DNA of 64,000 nucleotides from Macrostomum lignano (GCA_002269645.1 NIVC01001331.1:248182-312181), one strand, 5' to 3'; counted from the stretch's first letter, positions 12,715 to 26,035 are shown. The notes: generated by a model from the sequence alone, not told the origin. Numbers and translations: made by a program.

Positions 12715-13310
12715 CCTGAGTCCTATCTGAGTCTCTCTCTGAGTCCTGAGTCTCTCCCTGAGTCACTCTCGGAGTCACTCTCTGAGTCTCTCTCTGAGTC
12801 CTGGGTCTCTCTCTGAGTCCTGAGTCTCTCTCTGAGTCCTGAGTCTCTCCCTGAGTCACTCTCTGAGTCTCTCCCTGAGTCCTATCTGCGTCTCCCCCTG
12901 AGTCCTATCTGAGTCTCTCCCTGAGTCTCTCCCTGAGTCCTATCTGAGTCTCTCCCTGAGCCTCTCCCTGAGTCCTATCTGAGTCTCTCCCTGAGTCTCT
13001 CCCTGAGTCCTCTCCCTGAGTCACTCTCCGAGTCTCTCAATGAGTCCTCTCAGAGCCACTCTCTGAGTCACTCTCTGAGTCACTCTCTGAGTCACTCTCT
13101 GAGTCACTCTCTGAGTCACTCTCTGAGTCACTGTCTGAGTCTCTCCCTGAGTCTCTCCCTGAGTCTCTCCCTGAGTCTCTCCCTGAGTCTCTCCCTGAGT
13201 CTCTCCCTGAGTCCTATCTGAGTCTCTCCCTGAGTCTCTCCCTGAGTCCTATCTGAGTCTCTCCCTGAGTCTCTCCCTGAGTCACTCTCTGAGCATCTCT
13301 CTGAGTCTGT
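12715..13310 (+). repeat. ~12-bp variant minisatellite CTGAGTCTCTCC / CTGAGTCACTCT / CTGAGTCCTAT
   Basis: Tandem variants visible. Confidence 0.93.
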
Positions 13311-14115
13311 CTGAGTCTCTCATTGAGCCTTTCCCTGACCCTGAGCCTCTCCCCGAGTCCAGCCGCAAAAAATGTCATTAGTAAAGTTGATGCCAGCTCT
13401 GACAATCCTTGTTAAAGTTATGAAATTGGGTGGCAGTGGCTGCTCACCAACCTTCACCCACTCGCATGCCAACTCTGCACTGCGGGGGGCATGGCAGAGA
13501 GAGGATGCTGAGAGAGCTGCAGCTTCATCCAGGGACGGAGTTTGCCCGGAGCTCATTCTTAAAATTGCCTTGCACTCTGTGAACAGCTCTGGCTGGCTGT
13601 AGTTTATGGCCGCAAAAAATACATATTGAGGAGCTTTTAACTTGGATAATTAAACAAATTGGCAAATTATCTTTATTTTGTTTTGATGCTCACATTCAAT
13701 ATTAACGTAGTAAATTGAAAATTTACACTCAAAATCTGAATGATGCAGGCATTCTGGCATGCGATCAGAGCTAATCAACTGACAATGTATTTCAGCCTGG
13801 AATTTGCATGCACTTTATCTGCATCTGTGGCCATGCTGCCACTGCCCACTGCCAGAGAAAGAGGGAGTGGAGAACCATTGAGCTGGGGGGGGGGCGTAGG
13901 GAGACTCGTCTGGCATCAGTCGATCAACGGAATTTCCGGTCCGCAAGAGTATGATGACCGCATACAAATTTTTGGATAAAAATCCTATATGTAAATAGAT
14001 GGGAGTTTTTGGCTTTGTGTGGATAGGGACTTTCATTGCGGTCGGGGCTGAGAAGCAGCAGAGGAAGGGAAGAGGAGGGTCTGAAGTATAGAGGAGATAT
14101 GAAAAAGAAGATTAG

Positions 14116-15030
14116 AAAAGAGGGAGAGAAGGAAGGGAGAGAGGAAAGGGAGAGAGGAAAGGGAGGGAAAGGAGAAGGGAGAGAGGAGAGGGAGAGAGGA
14201 AAGGGAGAGAGGAAAGGGAGAGAGGAAAGGGAGAGAGGAAAGGGAGGGAAAGGAGAAGGGAGAGAGGAGAAGGGAGAGAAAGGAGAAGGGAGAGAGGAGA
14301 GGGAGAGAGGAAAGGGAGGGAAAGGAGAAGGGAGAGAGGAGAAGGGAGAGAAAGGAGAAGGGAGAGAGGGAAGGGAGAGAGGAAAGGGAGAGAGGAAAGC
14401 GAGAGAAAGGAGAAGGGAGAGAGGAGAAGGGAGAGAGGGAAGGGAGAGAGGAAAGGGAGAGAAAGGAGAAGGGAGAGAGGAGAAGGGAGAGAGGGAAGGG
14501 AGAGAGGAAAGGGAGAGAAAGGAGAAGGGAGAGAGGAGAAGGGAGAGAGGGAAGGGAGAGAAAGGAGAAGGGAGAGAGGGAAGGGAGAGAAAGGAGAAGG
14601 GAGAGAGGGAAGGGAGAGAAAGGAGAAGGGAGAGAGGGAAGGGAGAGAAAGGAGAAGGGAGAGAGGTAAGGGAGAGAAAGGAGAAGGGAGAGAGGGAAGG
14701 GAGAAAAAGGAGAAGGGAGAGAGGGAAGGGAGAGAAAGGAGAAGGGAGAGAGGGAAGAGAGAGAAAGGAGAAGGGAGAGAGGAGAAGGGAGAGAGGGAAG
14801 GGAGAGAAAGGAAGGGAGAGGGAGGGAAGGGGGAGTGGTGGAAGGGAGACTGAGGGAAGGGAGAGTGGAGGAAGGGAGAGAGGGAAGGGAGAGTGGGGGA
14901 AGGGAGAATGGGGGAAGGGAGAGAGAGAGAGAAAAGGGGGAGAGAGTGAAGGGAGAGTGGGAGAAGGGAGACTGAGTGAAGGGAGAGTGGGGGAAAGGAG
15001 AGAGAGAGGGAAGGGAGAGAGGAGAGAGAG
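14116..15030 (+). repeat. ~900-bp polypurine array (GGAGAAGGGAGAGAGGAA variants)
   Basis: Almost no pyrimidines on the + strand. Confidence 0.95.
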
Positions 15031-15644
15031 CAGATGAGAGATGAGAGCATATAAAACAGTGCATAGCACCAGAGGACCAGAGCCAGATCAATAAGTGCTT
15101 GAGTTGAATGCGAATCAGCAGTTGACAACAGGGTCGCAACTGTCGCATGGTCACTGATCAGACATCAGCACAGAGAGACTCGATAAACAAACGCACAGTC
15201 GGTCGGGCAACTTTATGGCGGCTCGTTTCGGTCAAACGAAAATTTAACGAGCTGGAACGAATGTAACAAGGTAGAGAGTGGAAGAGAAAGAAAGGGGAAT
15301 AAGGGAGCAGAGGTCCTTGATAAATAATTGATATGCACTGGCCCTTGGCCGCCACTCAGTGCGCTGCAGATGAGGCTGCCAATTCAGGCCATTGTACACA
15401 ACCGCCATTTTTAGCGCGCTTTCAAATCGAGAGTTCCGGCTTGTCAGGTTTCTAAGAAAACTCTCGACTGCGAGCCACGTGCCCCGGCTCTTGAAATAAG
15501 CATCTGATGGAAATCTTTCACCTGTTGTTGATTGACTTTTTAGTTATTATAAATTTTAGGAGATCTGGAGGCCCTTAACAGTAATTTTGAATCTTCAAAT
15601 ACCTGTTTATTGGCTGACTCACCTATCACTTCCCTGGTTATAGA

Positions 15645-16053
15645 GCTGACACACCTGTTGCATTTCTGAGCATTAGCTGTCACACCTCTGATTAGTGGTC
15701 TGTCACACCTGTTACATATCTGAGCATTAGCTGTCACACCTCTGATTAGTGGTCTGTCACACCTGTTACATATCTGAGCATTAGCTGTCATATCTCTGAT
15801 TAGTGGTCTGTCACACCTGTCACATCTCTGAGCATTAGCTGTCACACCTCTGATTAGAGGACTGTCACACCTGTCACATCTCTGATCATTAGCTGTTACA
15901 CCTCTGATTAGAGGACTGTCACACCTGTCACATCTCTGATCATTAGCTGTTACACCTCTGATTAGTGGACTGTCACACCTCTGATTAGTGGACTGTCACA
16001 CCTGTCACATATCTGATCATTAGCTGTCACACCTCTGATTAGTAGACTGTCAC
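15645..16053 (+). repeat. 54-bp minisatellite built on CTGTCACACCT subunits
   Basis: Unit CATTAGCTGTCACACCTCTGATTAGTGGTCTGTCACACCTGTTACATATCTGAG, about 7 copies. Confidence 0.93.
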
Positions 16054-16370
16054 AATCTTGCTCTTTTGGATTTTATTCCGAGCAGAGAAACCTCAAATTT
16101 CAAATCAAACCGGAGGCCATAAAAGTCCTTGCACTATTAAAAGACTTTTACCTGGAGCCTAAATATAGCTGCTTTTAATACTTTAGTCGGACCATGCTAC
16201 ACTAAAGCCCTTAATTACGGACTCTCAAGAGCAGCGGAGTAACCGAGAGCCAATTTGAACAATTTCAGTAAAACAGCCAATGCCAATCATTGCGTCTAAA
16301 CACACGCGCGCACAGGAGTTTTGCATCATTTATTAAATATTCTTCCCGCTATTTTGTTCCAATATTGCAG

Positions 16371-16469
16371 AATCCGTGGAGATTTTCCTGGCCAGCCCGA
16401 TGTCGCAGGTAGACGCCAGCCGGTGGCCGCGGCTTCACGTACGACCGGTGCCAGCGCTAAAAGTGTTCG
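16371..16469 (+). CDS. Gene 2 exon A2 (99 nt, phase 1-1 spacer)
   Basis: Acceptor TTTTGTTCCAATATTGCAG|, reads (E)SVEIFLASPMSQVDASRWPRLHVRPVPALKVF, donor G|GTAAAG, GC3-rich, keeps frame between A and B. Not in the ORF track. Confidence 0.6.
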
Positions 16470-17221
16470 GTAAAGTGGGGATGGGGATAGGCGTGGTGGG
16501 ATTTTTTTCGGGACTCTCCCGGGAGCTGGCGGCCAAATGAGTCAAGACTTTGCAGCGCTGAACAGGAGACGGTAGAGGAAAGAGAAGGGGCGTTGTGGGA
16601 GAAAAATCCTCGGGAGCGACTTCTACAGAGATGAAGCCTTCTACCAAAATTAGACTCCCCCCTCTATATTAGCAGTGGCCGGAGAAGAGTTTGCCGGCTG
16701 CAGGATTGAAGCGTCCAATTTGCATTAATGAATTGCACTTTCAAGTGCGCCAGTGACACCGCTGGCTTTAGGATGGGGGGGGGGTTGGTGTGGGTGCCTC
16801 GCTGCCGGCTAAAAGCACTGTCGGGAAAACACATGCACACACACCAGACTCCCCCAGGCCCTCTCAGCGCTCCCTCTGTAAATGTATATAAAGTTAACAA
16901 TATTTACTGCTATATATAGTAGAATTTCAAAGCCAAGGTCTCAGCCAAGGGTATAGGATCACGATGGAGAGGATTGCGGAGGCTGGGTTGGGGGGGTCTC
17001 ACTTGTCTCAAATACACGCTCTGCAATTCCCCGCACCTTCAGGTCGGCGTGTGGGGTTTTCTTACTGCCTAAGCCGCTGCATCATTCAAAGCTCTCTGAC
17101 CGGCTCAGCCTCTCAATGCTGAGCCATCTTCTCAATTTCAACTCTGCCGCCTCTCAGCCGCTTCTGCCTGCTTTTGGCTGAAGCAGAAAATTGGCTGGCT
17201 TAAATGTCTGCAACTGCGGCT

Positions 17222-17347
17222 GGGCACTGGGGACTGGGGACTGGGGATTGGGGACTGGGGACTGGGGACTGGGGACTGGGGACTGGGGACTGGGGACTGG
17301 GGACTGGGGACGGGGGACTAGGGACTTGGGGATTAGGGACTGGGGAT
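17222..17347 (+). repeat. 7-bp G-rich repeat (GGGGACT)n
   Basis: About 17 units. Confidence 0.95.
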
Positions 17348-18144
17348 TAGGGACCACGAACGAACTACGGACTGGGGACGGGATCTGAGACTCGAGAAAG
17401 ACGCATTGTGTCCCAGTTCGCAGTTTCCGAGTTAGGAGATCTGAAGTATTAAATTGCCATTTTCTGCTGTAAAATTAGTCTCAATAAGCCAAATGAAAAA
17501 ATGCTATTTTTATCTGCTCGGGAAAAAGGCAGCTGTTCGCATTTATTCACACCTTGGCTTTGAACTGCAGCCCCTGGGGCACCACCATGCGTTTAAATTA
17601 CAAGAGCACTGCGTATCCTTAGATGAGAAATTAACCTTCGAGAGAAAATCGACAGCAGAATGTCTTTTAAGAACTTTCTTTTTTCAAGTCCTCCGCCTCT
17701 CTGAGCCACTTTAATTGGCTGTGTGAAGCACCTGCCAAATATAGACTCTCATTTAATTGTATATAATTAGGCACTTAGCTAATTTCACCTACTGAGAGGC
17801 TAGCTTCAATGTCAGTTGTGACGAGTATGTACCCTGCCTTATAAACAACCTTTGTCCTTGGCGATGGCAGTTCAGAACACAGAAACTAAGACAAATGGCA
17901 TTGAAAGACTCAGGCAGACACAAAGACAGGCATTGGGACACTAAGGCAGGTGTTGAAGCACTGTAAGCTGAGAGAAGGCGAGAGCTTAGCGAGACCAAAA
18001 CACACAAAGTGGCTAAAGCCACGCGCAACGATTTATATATTTGCAATGTACATCAGTCGATGTACATCGCGATTATTTGCAGATGAATTACCTTCACGCT
18101 TATAACAACCACACAACAGCGAAAACATGCACGCCTCTTACAGC

Positions 18145-18617
18145 ACTAAGACAAACACAAAGGCAGGCATTGGGGCACTAAGACAGACACAAAGACAGGC
18201 ATTGAAACACTAAGACAGACACGAAGACAGGCATTGGGACACTAAGACAGACACGAAGGCAGGCATTGGGACACTAAGACAGACACGAAGGCAGGCATTG
18301 AAACACTAAGACAGACACAAATACAGGCATTGGAACACTAAGACAGACACAAAGACAGGCATTGGGACACTAAGACAGACACAAAGACAGGTATTAGAAC
18401 ACTAAGACAGACACAAAGACAGGCATTGGAACACTAAGACAGACACAAAGACAGGTATTAGAACACTAAGACAGACACAAATACAGGCATTGGAACACTA
18501 AGACAGACACAAAGACAGGCATTGGAACACTAAGACAGACACAAAGACAGGCATTGAAACACAAAGACAGACACAATGATAGGTATTAGAACACTAAGAC
18601 AGACACAAAGACAGGCA
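18145..18617 (+). repeat. 32-bp minisatellite GACAGGCATTGGAACACTAAGACAGACACAAA
   Basis: About 14 units, with a detached degenerate copy at ~17880-17950. Confidence 0.95.
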
Positions 18618-18790
18618 CTAAGGCAGACGAAGAGGCGAATCCACGACATTGGACTGCCACTATATGACCGCCTGTCAGTCAAATGCTCAGCGGTCAAATA
18701 GTGGCAGTCGAATTGGGGCAGTCAAAGGTCGGCCATAACCACAGAGCGCATTACATCGGTGCCATATTTCTTCCTTCATCAATTCCCCAG

Positions 18791-18964
18791 ACACGCCAGA
18801 CATCACCGAGTCGGTGACAGCGGATGCGGGCGGCGACGCCTGCAAGAAGCGGGATCGGTGCCGCATCGCGCTCGGCCAGAACCGGCTGGGCTGCCACCCC
18901 AGCTCCGCCGAGTGCGCCTGCGTGCGCGGCTTCCGATTCTACGCGCCAACTGGAGCCTGCGTTG
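18791..18964 (+). CDS. Gene 2 exon B: EGF-like/EB-type 6-Cys module
   Basis: TTCCCCAG|, reads (D)TPDITESVTADAGGDACKKRDRCRIALGQNRLGCHPSSAECACVRGFRFYAPTGACV, donor G|GTGAGA, phase 1-1. Confidence 0.9.
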
Positions 18965-18994
18965 GTGAGAGAGGGGGAACGGGAGCGGTGGAGG

Positions 18995-19948
18995 GAGAGG
19001 GTGACAGGTGGGTGACTTGAGTGAATGGGAGAGAGTGACAGGTGGGTGACTTGAGTGAATGGGAGAGAGTGACAGCTGGGTGACTTGAGTGAATGGGAGA
19101 GAGTGACAGGTAAGGTGACTGAGTGAATGGGAGAGAGTGACAGGTGGGTGACTTGAGTGAATGGGAGAGAGTGACAGGTGGGTGACTGAGTGAATGGGAG
19201 AGGGTGACAGGTATGTGACAGAGTGAATGGGAGAGAGTGACAGGTGGGTGACTTGAGTGAATGGGAGAGAGTGACAGGTGGGTGACTTGAGTGAATGGGA
19301 GAGAGTGACAGGTGGGTGACTTGAGTGAATGGGAGAGAGTGACAGGTGGGTGACTTGAGTGAATGGGAGAGAGTGACAGGTGGGTGACTTGAGTGAATGG
19401 GAGAGAGTGACAGGTGGGTGACTTGAGTGAATGGGAGAGAGTGACAGGTTGGTGACTTGAGTGAATGGGAGAGAGTGACAGGTGGGTGACTTGGGTGAAT
19501 GGGAGGGAGTGACAGGTGGGTGACAGAGTGAATGACAGAGAGTGACAGGTGGGTGACTTGGGTAAATGGGAGGGAGTGACAGGTGGGTGACAGAGTGAAT
19601 GACAGAGAGTGACAGGTGGGTGACTTGGGTAAATGGGAGGGAGTGACAGGTGGGTGACAGAGTGAATGGGAGGGAGTGACAGGTGGGTGACAGAGTGAAT
19701 GACAGAGAGTGACAGGTGGGTGAATTGGGTGAATGGGAGGGAGTGACAGGTGGGTGACAGAGTGAATGACAGAGAGTGACAGATGGGTGACTTGGGTGAA
19801 TGGAGGGAGTGACAGGTGGGTGACAGAGTGAATGGGAGGGAGTGACAGGTGGGTGACAGAGTGAATGGGAGGGAGTGACAGGTGGGTGAATTGGGTGAAT
19901 GGGAGGGAGTGACAGGTGGGTGACAGAGTGAATGAGAAGGAGTGACAG
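18995..19948 (+). repeat. 34-bp minisatellite GAGTGAATGGGAGAGAGTGACAGGTGGGTGACTT
   Basis: About 28 units with variants. Confidence 0.97.
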
Positions 19949-21004
19949 CATAGTGAAGGATTAACCAGACAGTGCTTTGTCTGTGTCTGACAATTCGCAT
20001 TAACCCCAAAGCAGGTCAGGGGTTACCCAACGCCATACTCGTGCCTCCAAGTTTGAGCAAACAAAATTGCGGACTGAGAGCTCAGAAACCTTAGCCAGTC
20101 TTTTGTTGGCATTGGTCCAAGCCATGCAGTCCAGGAAATGACCAGCAAAGGAGATTTTCTTTTAGCTAAGCAGGTAGGCTTGCTTACAGATAGTCAATGC
20201 TGATTTTCATAGTTCTTTCCGTTAAGGAACCCCAGCAACCTGACGGACAATGGGGACACCATATTGAGTCCAAAATTGCAGGAGAAATGCTGAGAGAGAG
20301 AGTCTCCTCTCTCCATCTCTCAAACACGTATTTAGTTAACAATAAGTAAACGCATTGGCTGTCGTCCGGAGTGGCCGGCCCTCCGACTCTTGTCGTCAAT
20401 CTTCCTGAGATCAGTTCTCCCAAACAACGCAATCCAGTCTCTTCCCCGTGCGCTTTTTGTGTAAAAAACCAGGGCAATCCCCCCCCCCCCAGTTTTCTGG
20501 GAAGGCTGCAAGTCAATATTTGCAGTAACTGCACCCATCCATCTCGTGCATCTCTTTCTCCATTGCAATTGACTTGCTGCAAGCCCGCGATTTGGAAAAC
20601 CCAGGCTTTGCCTGACCGTTCCACACTGCTGCAACGCGCGAGTTTCTGTCCAAGCGCTTGTGATCTAGCACAACATTTACTGTAATCGTTTTGTTTTTTT
20701 TACACTGACAGACAAGTGGCCCATGACTGCAATAAGAGCATTTATAAGGCCAGTTTGAGCCGCAACCACTGGCTATGTCCCCTGGGACTGGCAGATACAC
20801 GTACGTACGTGTAAATTGAGTTGGCGAAGGAGAGTGAGAGAAAGAGACAGCAGAGGAGGGTCAGACCAAAGATGAGAGATTAGATCGGTGGAACGGATAG
20901 GAAGCAGAGAGGGCATTGAGATGAGAATAGAATGGAGACTAAGTGTGAGAAAAATGTTAAGAAGTGCGGATCGAAAAGAATCTTCGAAGAAGAGGGGAGA
21001 AAAA

Positions 21005-21543
21005 AGGAGACGGCGGATTGAATAGAGGAGACAGCGGATTGAGAAGAGGAGACAGCGGATTGAATAGAGGAGACAGCTGATTGAATAGAGGAGACAGCGG
21101 ATTGAATAGAGGAGACAGCGGATTGAGAAGAGGAGACAGCGGATTGAATAGAGGAGACAGCTGATTGAATAGAGGGGACAGCAGATTGAATAGAGGAGAC
21201 AGTGGATCGAATAGAGAAGACAGCGGATTGAATAGAGGAGACAGTGGATCGAATAGAGAAGACAGCGGATTGAATAGAGGAGGCAGCGGATTGAATAGAG
21301 GAGACAGCGGATTGAATAGAGACAGCGGATTGAATAGAGGAGACAGCGGATTGAATAGAGGAGACAGTGGATCGAATAGAGAAGACAGCGGATTGAATAG
21401 AGGAGACAGTGGATCGAATAGAGAAGACAGCGGATTGAATAGAGGAGACAGCGGATCGAATAGAGAAGACAGCGGATTGAATAGAGGAGACAGCGGATTG
21501 AATAGAGGAGACAGCGGATTGAATAGAGGAGACAGCGGATTGA
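21005..21543 (+). repeat. 21-bp minisatellite GATTGAATAGAGGAGACAGCG
   Basis: About 25 units. Confidence 0.96.
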
Positions 21544-21964
21544 AGAGCACAATACTTGTTGAAGTTGAGAGGACTACGTCTCTGTAGTTGAAGTCTATGA
21601 GATTGTAGCTTTTGAGATCGGGCACCGATATGTTGTGAAAGGCAGTTTATTGGGGGGGGGCACAGTTGCCAAGCCTATGAGCTGCATGGCTACCCAGCAG
21701 TTCACTCGCGCAGGGTTTTAGTAGAGAAGTCCAAAGTCCAGATTGCGTGATGGGGGGTTGATAAGTTCAGTTTTAGCATTGGTTATTTTTGCTCCTTCAC
21801 CCTTTCTCCCTCTCGCCAGTTCCCTTTTCATACTTTATTCCTGTCTTTGCTTGTCCCTAAATAGCCTTCTAGGGTTTAGGCGCCGCATAAAATGTCCCCT
21901 GTAAGATGCATGGAGTTCTAGACAGAGAATCTGGACAGGAAAAAGTTTTTATATCGATGCTCAC

Positions 21965-22061
21965 AGGTTTTAGACCTAAAATCTGAGATGAGACTCTAAC
22001 ACACTGAGGTTTTAGACCTAAAATCAGAGATGAGACTCTAAAACACTGAGGTTTTAGACCT
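21965..22061 (+). repeat. 41-bp tandem duplication (x2.4) AGGTTTTAGACCTAAAATC...
   Basis: Visible directly. Confidence 0.8.
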
Positions 22062-22687
22062 CAAAAATGTGTTGCATATCAAAAGTGAAGTTTCCACTCC
22101 AGATTCAATGCCTGACACTATGCTACTGCAGTCGATAATACATGTAGTCGATACGCATTAGTTGCAGTTCAATGTTTAACCATTCATCCGCTGCCAACTC
22201 ACACAAAGAGAAGGAGTAGTGGGCGTCCTAGCCTACGGCGATTTTTTTACCACTACTCAAGTCACTTTTTACAATCTAAAACACCAGCCTGCATGCATCT
22301 TCCAGTGAGTCAGACCTGCATCACAGGGTTACTATGGAGGCTATTTTGAAGCTGTAGACTATTGAAGCGACTGCTGAGCCTTCTCGAACAGTTTCCAACA
22401 ATTGAGAATCAAATCCAACGCAGACAAAACATCCTTACTATCGTATGCTGCATCGGCGAGACAGAATCGGATGACAAACAAAAAAATTGCTTTTTCTGTC
22501 GGGGAAATTTCCGTCTAGGAATTTGAGATCCCTTCTGAGCTTTTTTCTCCATCCGTTTTTTTCCGTTCTATGTGAATGTTTTTTATGATCTTTGCCGCGT
22601 AAAGCTAAATAAGTGCTCAACTGGAGTTCACCTTTGTGATGGCCCGACCTTATACATTTGACCGCGCCTTTCCCCATATTTTCTAAT

Positions 22688-23745
22688 CTCCTCTCTTCTC
22701 TCCTGCCTTCTCTCTCTCCTGCCTTCTCTCTCCTGCCTTCTCTCTCTCCTCTCATGCCTTCTCTCTCCTGCCTTCTCTCTCCTCTCCTGCCTTCTCTCTC
22801 CTGCCTTCTCTCTCCTGCCTTCTCTCTCCTCTCTTGCTTTCTCTCTCCTGCCTTCTCTCTCCTGCCTTCTCTCTCCTGCCTTCTCTCTCCTCTCCTGCCT
22901 TCTCTCTCCTGCCTTCTCTCTCCTGCCTTCTCTCTCCTCTCTTGCTTTCTCTCTCCTGCCTTCTCTCTCCTCTCCTGCCTTCTCTCTCCTCTCTTGCTTT
23001 CTCTCTCCTGCCTTCTCTCTCCTCTCCTGCCTTCTCTCTCCTCTCTTGCCTTCTCTCTCCTGCCTTCTCTCTCCTCTCATGCCTTCTCTCTCCTGCCTTC
23101 TCTCTCCTCTCATGCCTTCTCTCTCCTGCCTTCTCTCTCCTCTCTTGCTTTCTCTCTCCTGCCTTCTCTCTCCTCTCCTGCCTTCTCTCTCCTCTCTTGC
23201 CTTCTCTCTCCTGCCTTCTCTCTCCTCTCATGCCTTCTCTCTCCTGCCTTCTCTCTCCTCTCATGCCTTCTCTCTCCTGCCTTCTCTCTCCTCTCTTGCT
23301 TTCTCTCTCCTGCCTTCTCTCTCCTCTCCTGCCTTCTCTCTCCTCTCTTGCCTTCTCTCTCCTGCCTTCTCTCTCCTGCCTTCTCTCTCCTCTCATGCCT
23401 TCTCTCTCCTGCCTTCTCTCTCCTCTCATGCCTTCTCTCTCCTGCCTTCTCTCTCCTCTCATGCCTTCTCTCTCCTGCCTTCTCTCTCCTCTCATGCCTT
23501 CTCTCTCCTCTCTTGCCTTCTCTCTCCTCTCTTGCCTTCTCTCTCCTCTCCTGCCTTCTCTCTCTCCTGCCTTCTCTCTCCTGCCTTCTCTCTCCTGCCT
23601 TCTCTCTCCTCTCATGCCTTCTCTCTCCTGCCTTCTCTCTCTTCTCCTGCCTTCTTTCTCCTGCCTTCTCTCTCCTGCCTTCTCCCTCTCTCCTGCCTTC
23701 TCCCTCTCTCCTCTTCTACCTTCTATCTCTCATACCTTCTCTCTC
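22688..23745 (+). repeat. ~1-kb polypyrimidine array (CTGCCTTCTCTCTCCT variants)
   Basis: Visible directly. Confidence 0.96.
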
Positions 23746-24806
23746 ATGCCTTCTCTCTTTTATCTCTTGCTTCTCCCTCCGTACCTGTAATATTTTATTT
23801 CTTCTCCCTAACTGTTCGACTGGCTCAAAAAAACATTAAACCTGCTTCCCGAAGGGCTAAAATTTTAATTACAGCATTCTTCTAAACCCTTTGAGAAGAT
23901 CAAAGAGATTGGTGTAAGCAAAAATGGCTCACGTTCGTGGCAATTTTCAAAAACCCCTTTTTGCCTCTAGGAAATCTCTAAGCTGAAAATCTTTGGTTAA
24001 TCCCACTCCGCTTTCAGGCCGAGCAGCTGGGAGAATTGTGGTAATTAAAAGCAGCCCCCCCCAGAAAGGCTCTCCTAGAAGAAGCCTTGTTAGCAACTAC
24101 CTAATATTTCTCAAGATTTGGAAATTCACAGAGCAGCTATGGGTCGCTTTCAGTGTAGAACAAGTGAACATATTCGCATCGAATTTGTCAAAACGCATGC
24201 AATAAGAAACTTGTCGTGTTTCGAAGTAAAACATAAAAATTTTTGCACCAGTCGAAAATGGATTCGAAGGCAATTCGGTTCAGAGCCTGTGCAAGATATG
24301 AATAATGAATTTTTAACTAGCCTGGCAGCATCTGTCACCGAATCATCAAAAAGTTTCTTAAGGCTGACTCACACTGCCATCAAATCACTCAACCGATGTA
24401 CGAAGGAATGAAAGTTGATGTACAAGTCAAGTAACCGGGCTTCTGGACTGCAGTAGAGTCCGTGAGTCATAAACTGTACCATAAACACCAAAGCCAAAAT
24501 GAAAGACCTGCGGGATTTTATAGGGCCTTGGTTTAGGTCATAGACATAAAAATTAACGTCTCCACATTCCTACCATCTGCTGCTTTCTTGGAAAAGCAGG
24601 AAATATGCTTCTTGGCTGAAGAAAGGCTTGAAGCACCACGCGCCACGACCCCCCAATTTGAGGCCTGTGAACAGAAATCGATTGGGGCTTGTTGTGGCGG
24701 CTCAGCACTCATAAGAGCCAATCCACAAATCCCAGAGAGGTGTACATGTTTGACGATTAGTCAAGGGTCATTGTAAACTCTGGTTAAGAGTGTGTATGAT
24801 TGCATT

Positions 24807-25105
24807 GTAGCCTAGTGGTTAGAGCGTCGGACTTACGACTTGAAGGTCGGGGGTTCGACTCCCGATCCCACTGGAACAATTTGTGTCTTTGAGTCACTTG
24901 AGACACTTGACTCGTAACTCTGCATAGCTTCAGTTCACCCAGCTGTAAAATGGGTGCCAGCATTAGCTGGGGTAATTGAGGGTGTATGTGGCGACCCTCC
25001 AGTCCTTGGACTGAACAGCCGTACGCAGCCTTCAGGTGCGTCGCGCAATCGCTGCGGCTGCGCTGTCGGTTGCACATCTCGCCCAGTTGGAGCAGGCGTA
25101 ATCAA
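24807..25105 (+). mobile_element. tRNA-derived SINE with CORE-like central domain, copy 1
   Basis: A box TAGCCTAGTGGTTAGAGCG, B box GGTTCGACTCCC, central CTTCAGTTCACCCAGCTGTAAAATGGG. Homologous to the copies at 53.0k and 56.8k. Confidence 0.85.
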
Positions 25106-26035
25106 TCAACACGTGTGCTTCTTCGAACTTTCATGGCGGATAATATACTTCAGAATGAAGCTATCGTAACTCCAGCAAGACCAGAGTAGATATTCACGCT
25201 TTACTGTGCGAGTTAAGAGTTTCTATGCATCTTTAACCATCGCTGCATGTTACTGGCATCAAAATCAACCAATCATCTTGATGGGTCACGGACAGCCTGC
25301 TGTCAGCTTAGCTCTTCAGTTCCGTTAAAGTGACCCCCAACTAACTGGCCAAGTGACGCTTTAGGGAGACCCTTCTCGTGTCTTGTTAAACAACACTAGA
25401 CTGTCAGCGCCAATGCCCCAATCACAAATTAGGCCAGAATCATTAGCGCCATCCAGCGATGCGTTTCTCCGATTTTAAAGGCAGCAGATTTTTACTATTC
25501 TAAAATTCCTCAACATAACCGTAGCGCACTACTTACGGCCCCCGTTTCAGTAGTGTAGGCTGCGTGTTGTTTTTCGAAATTGATACAGTTTTGCACTAAG
25601 CTACTCTAGATTATAATCCAAATGCGGCAAAACGGCCATACAGAATCAACCAGTCAGAGAGTCAATCAGTGTAATCCAGAAGATCTCCAAACACTTCCTG
25701 GTGGAACTTTGCGGGAACCAATCTTACTACCATCTGAAAAGTTTACTTCTTTAGTCAAATTGCTTTGATTGGCAGTTTGTGAGGCAAAGCTAAGCGTGCC
25801 TTATCTCTAGCGGGGTCGAACTCCCTTAGTGTTCCCTCAGTTGTTGGCTCCTCCGGTGGTGACGCTCGGGAAGGCTAACGAGAATTGGCACTGTTATTGA
25901 TTTTTTAAATTCAGTTTATGACAGTTTTTTTACTCGAAAAAAAGGCATGCAAAGTATTTGTATATTCGATGTTTTCTATCTATCTATAGTTGCTAAGCAA
26001 GCCGTCGATCAACCCTCACTTTGCCGCCCACATAG

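Noticed and set aside
21165-21587. ORF of tandem LNRGDSG (RGD) repeats suggesting an adhesive protein
   Set aside because: It is one reading of a 21-bp intronic minisatellite, has a non-ATG start and no splice sites, and exons B and C join cleanly (CV-DIDEC) without it.
24807-24870. tRNA-Val genes at the SINE heads (also 53250-53308 and 56763-56820)
   Set aside because: No acceptor-stem 3' half or poly-T terminator. The sequence continues into a shared SINE body.
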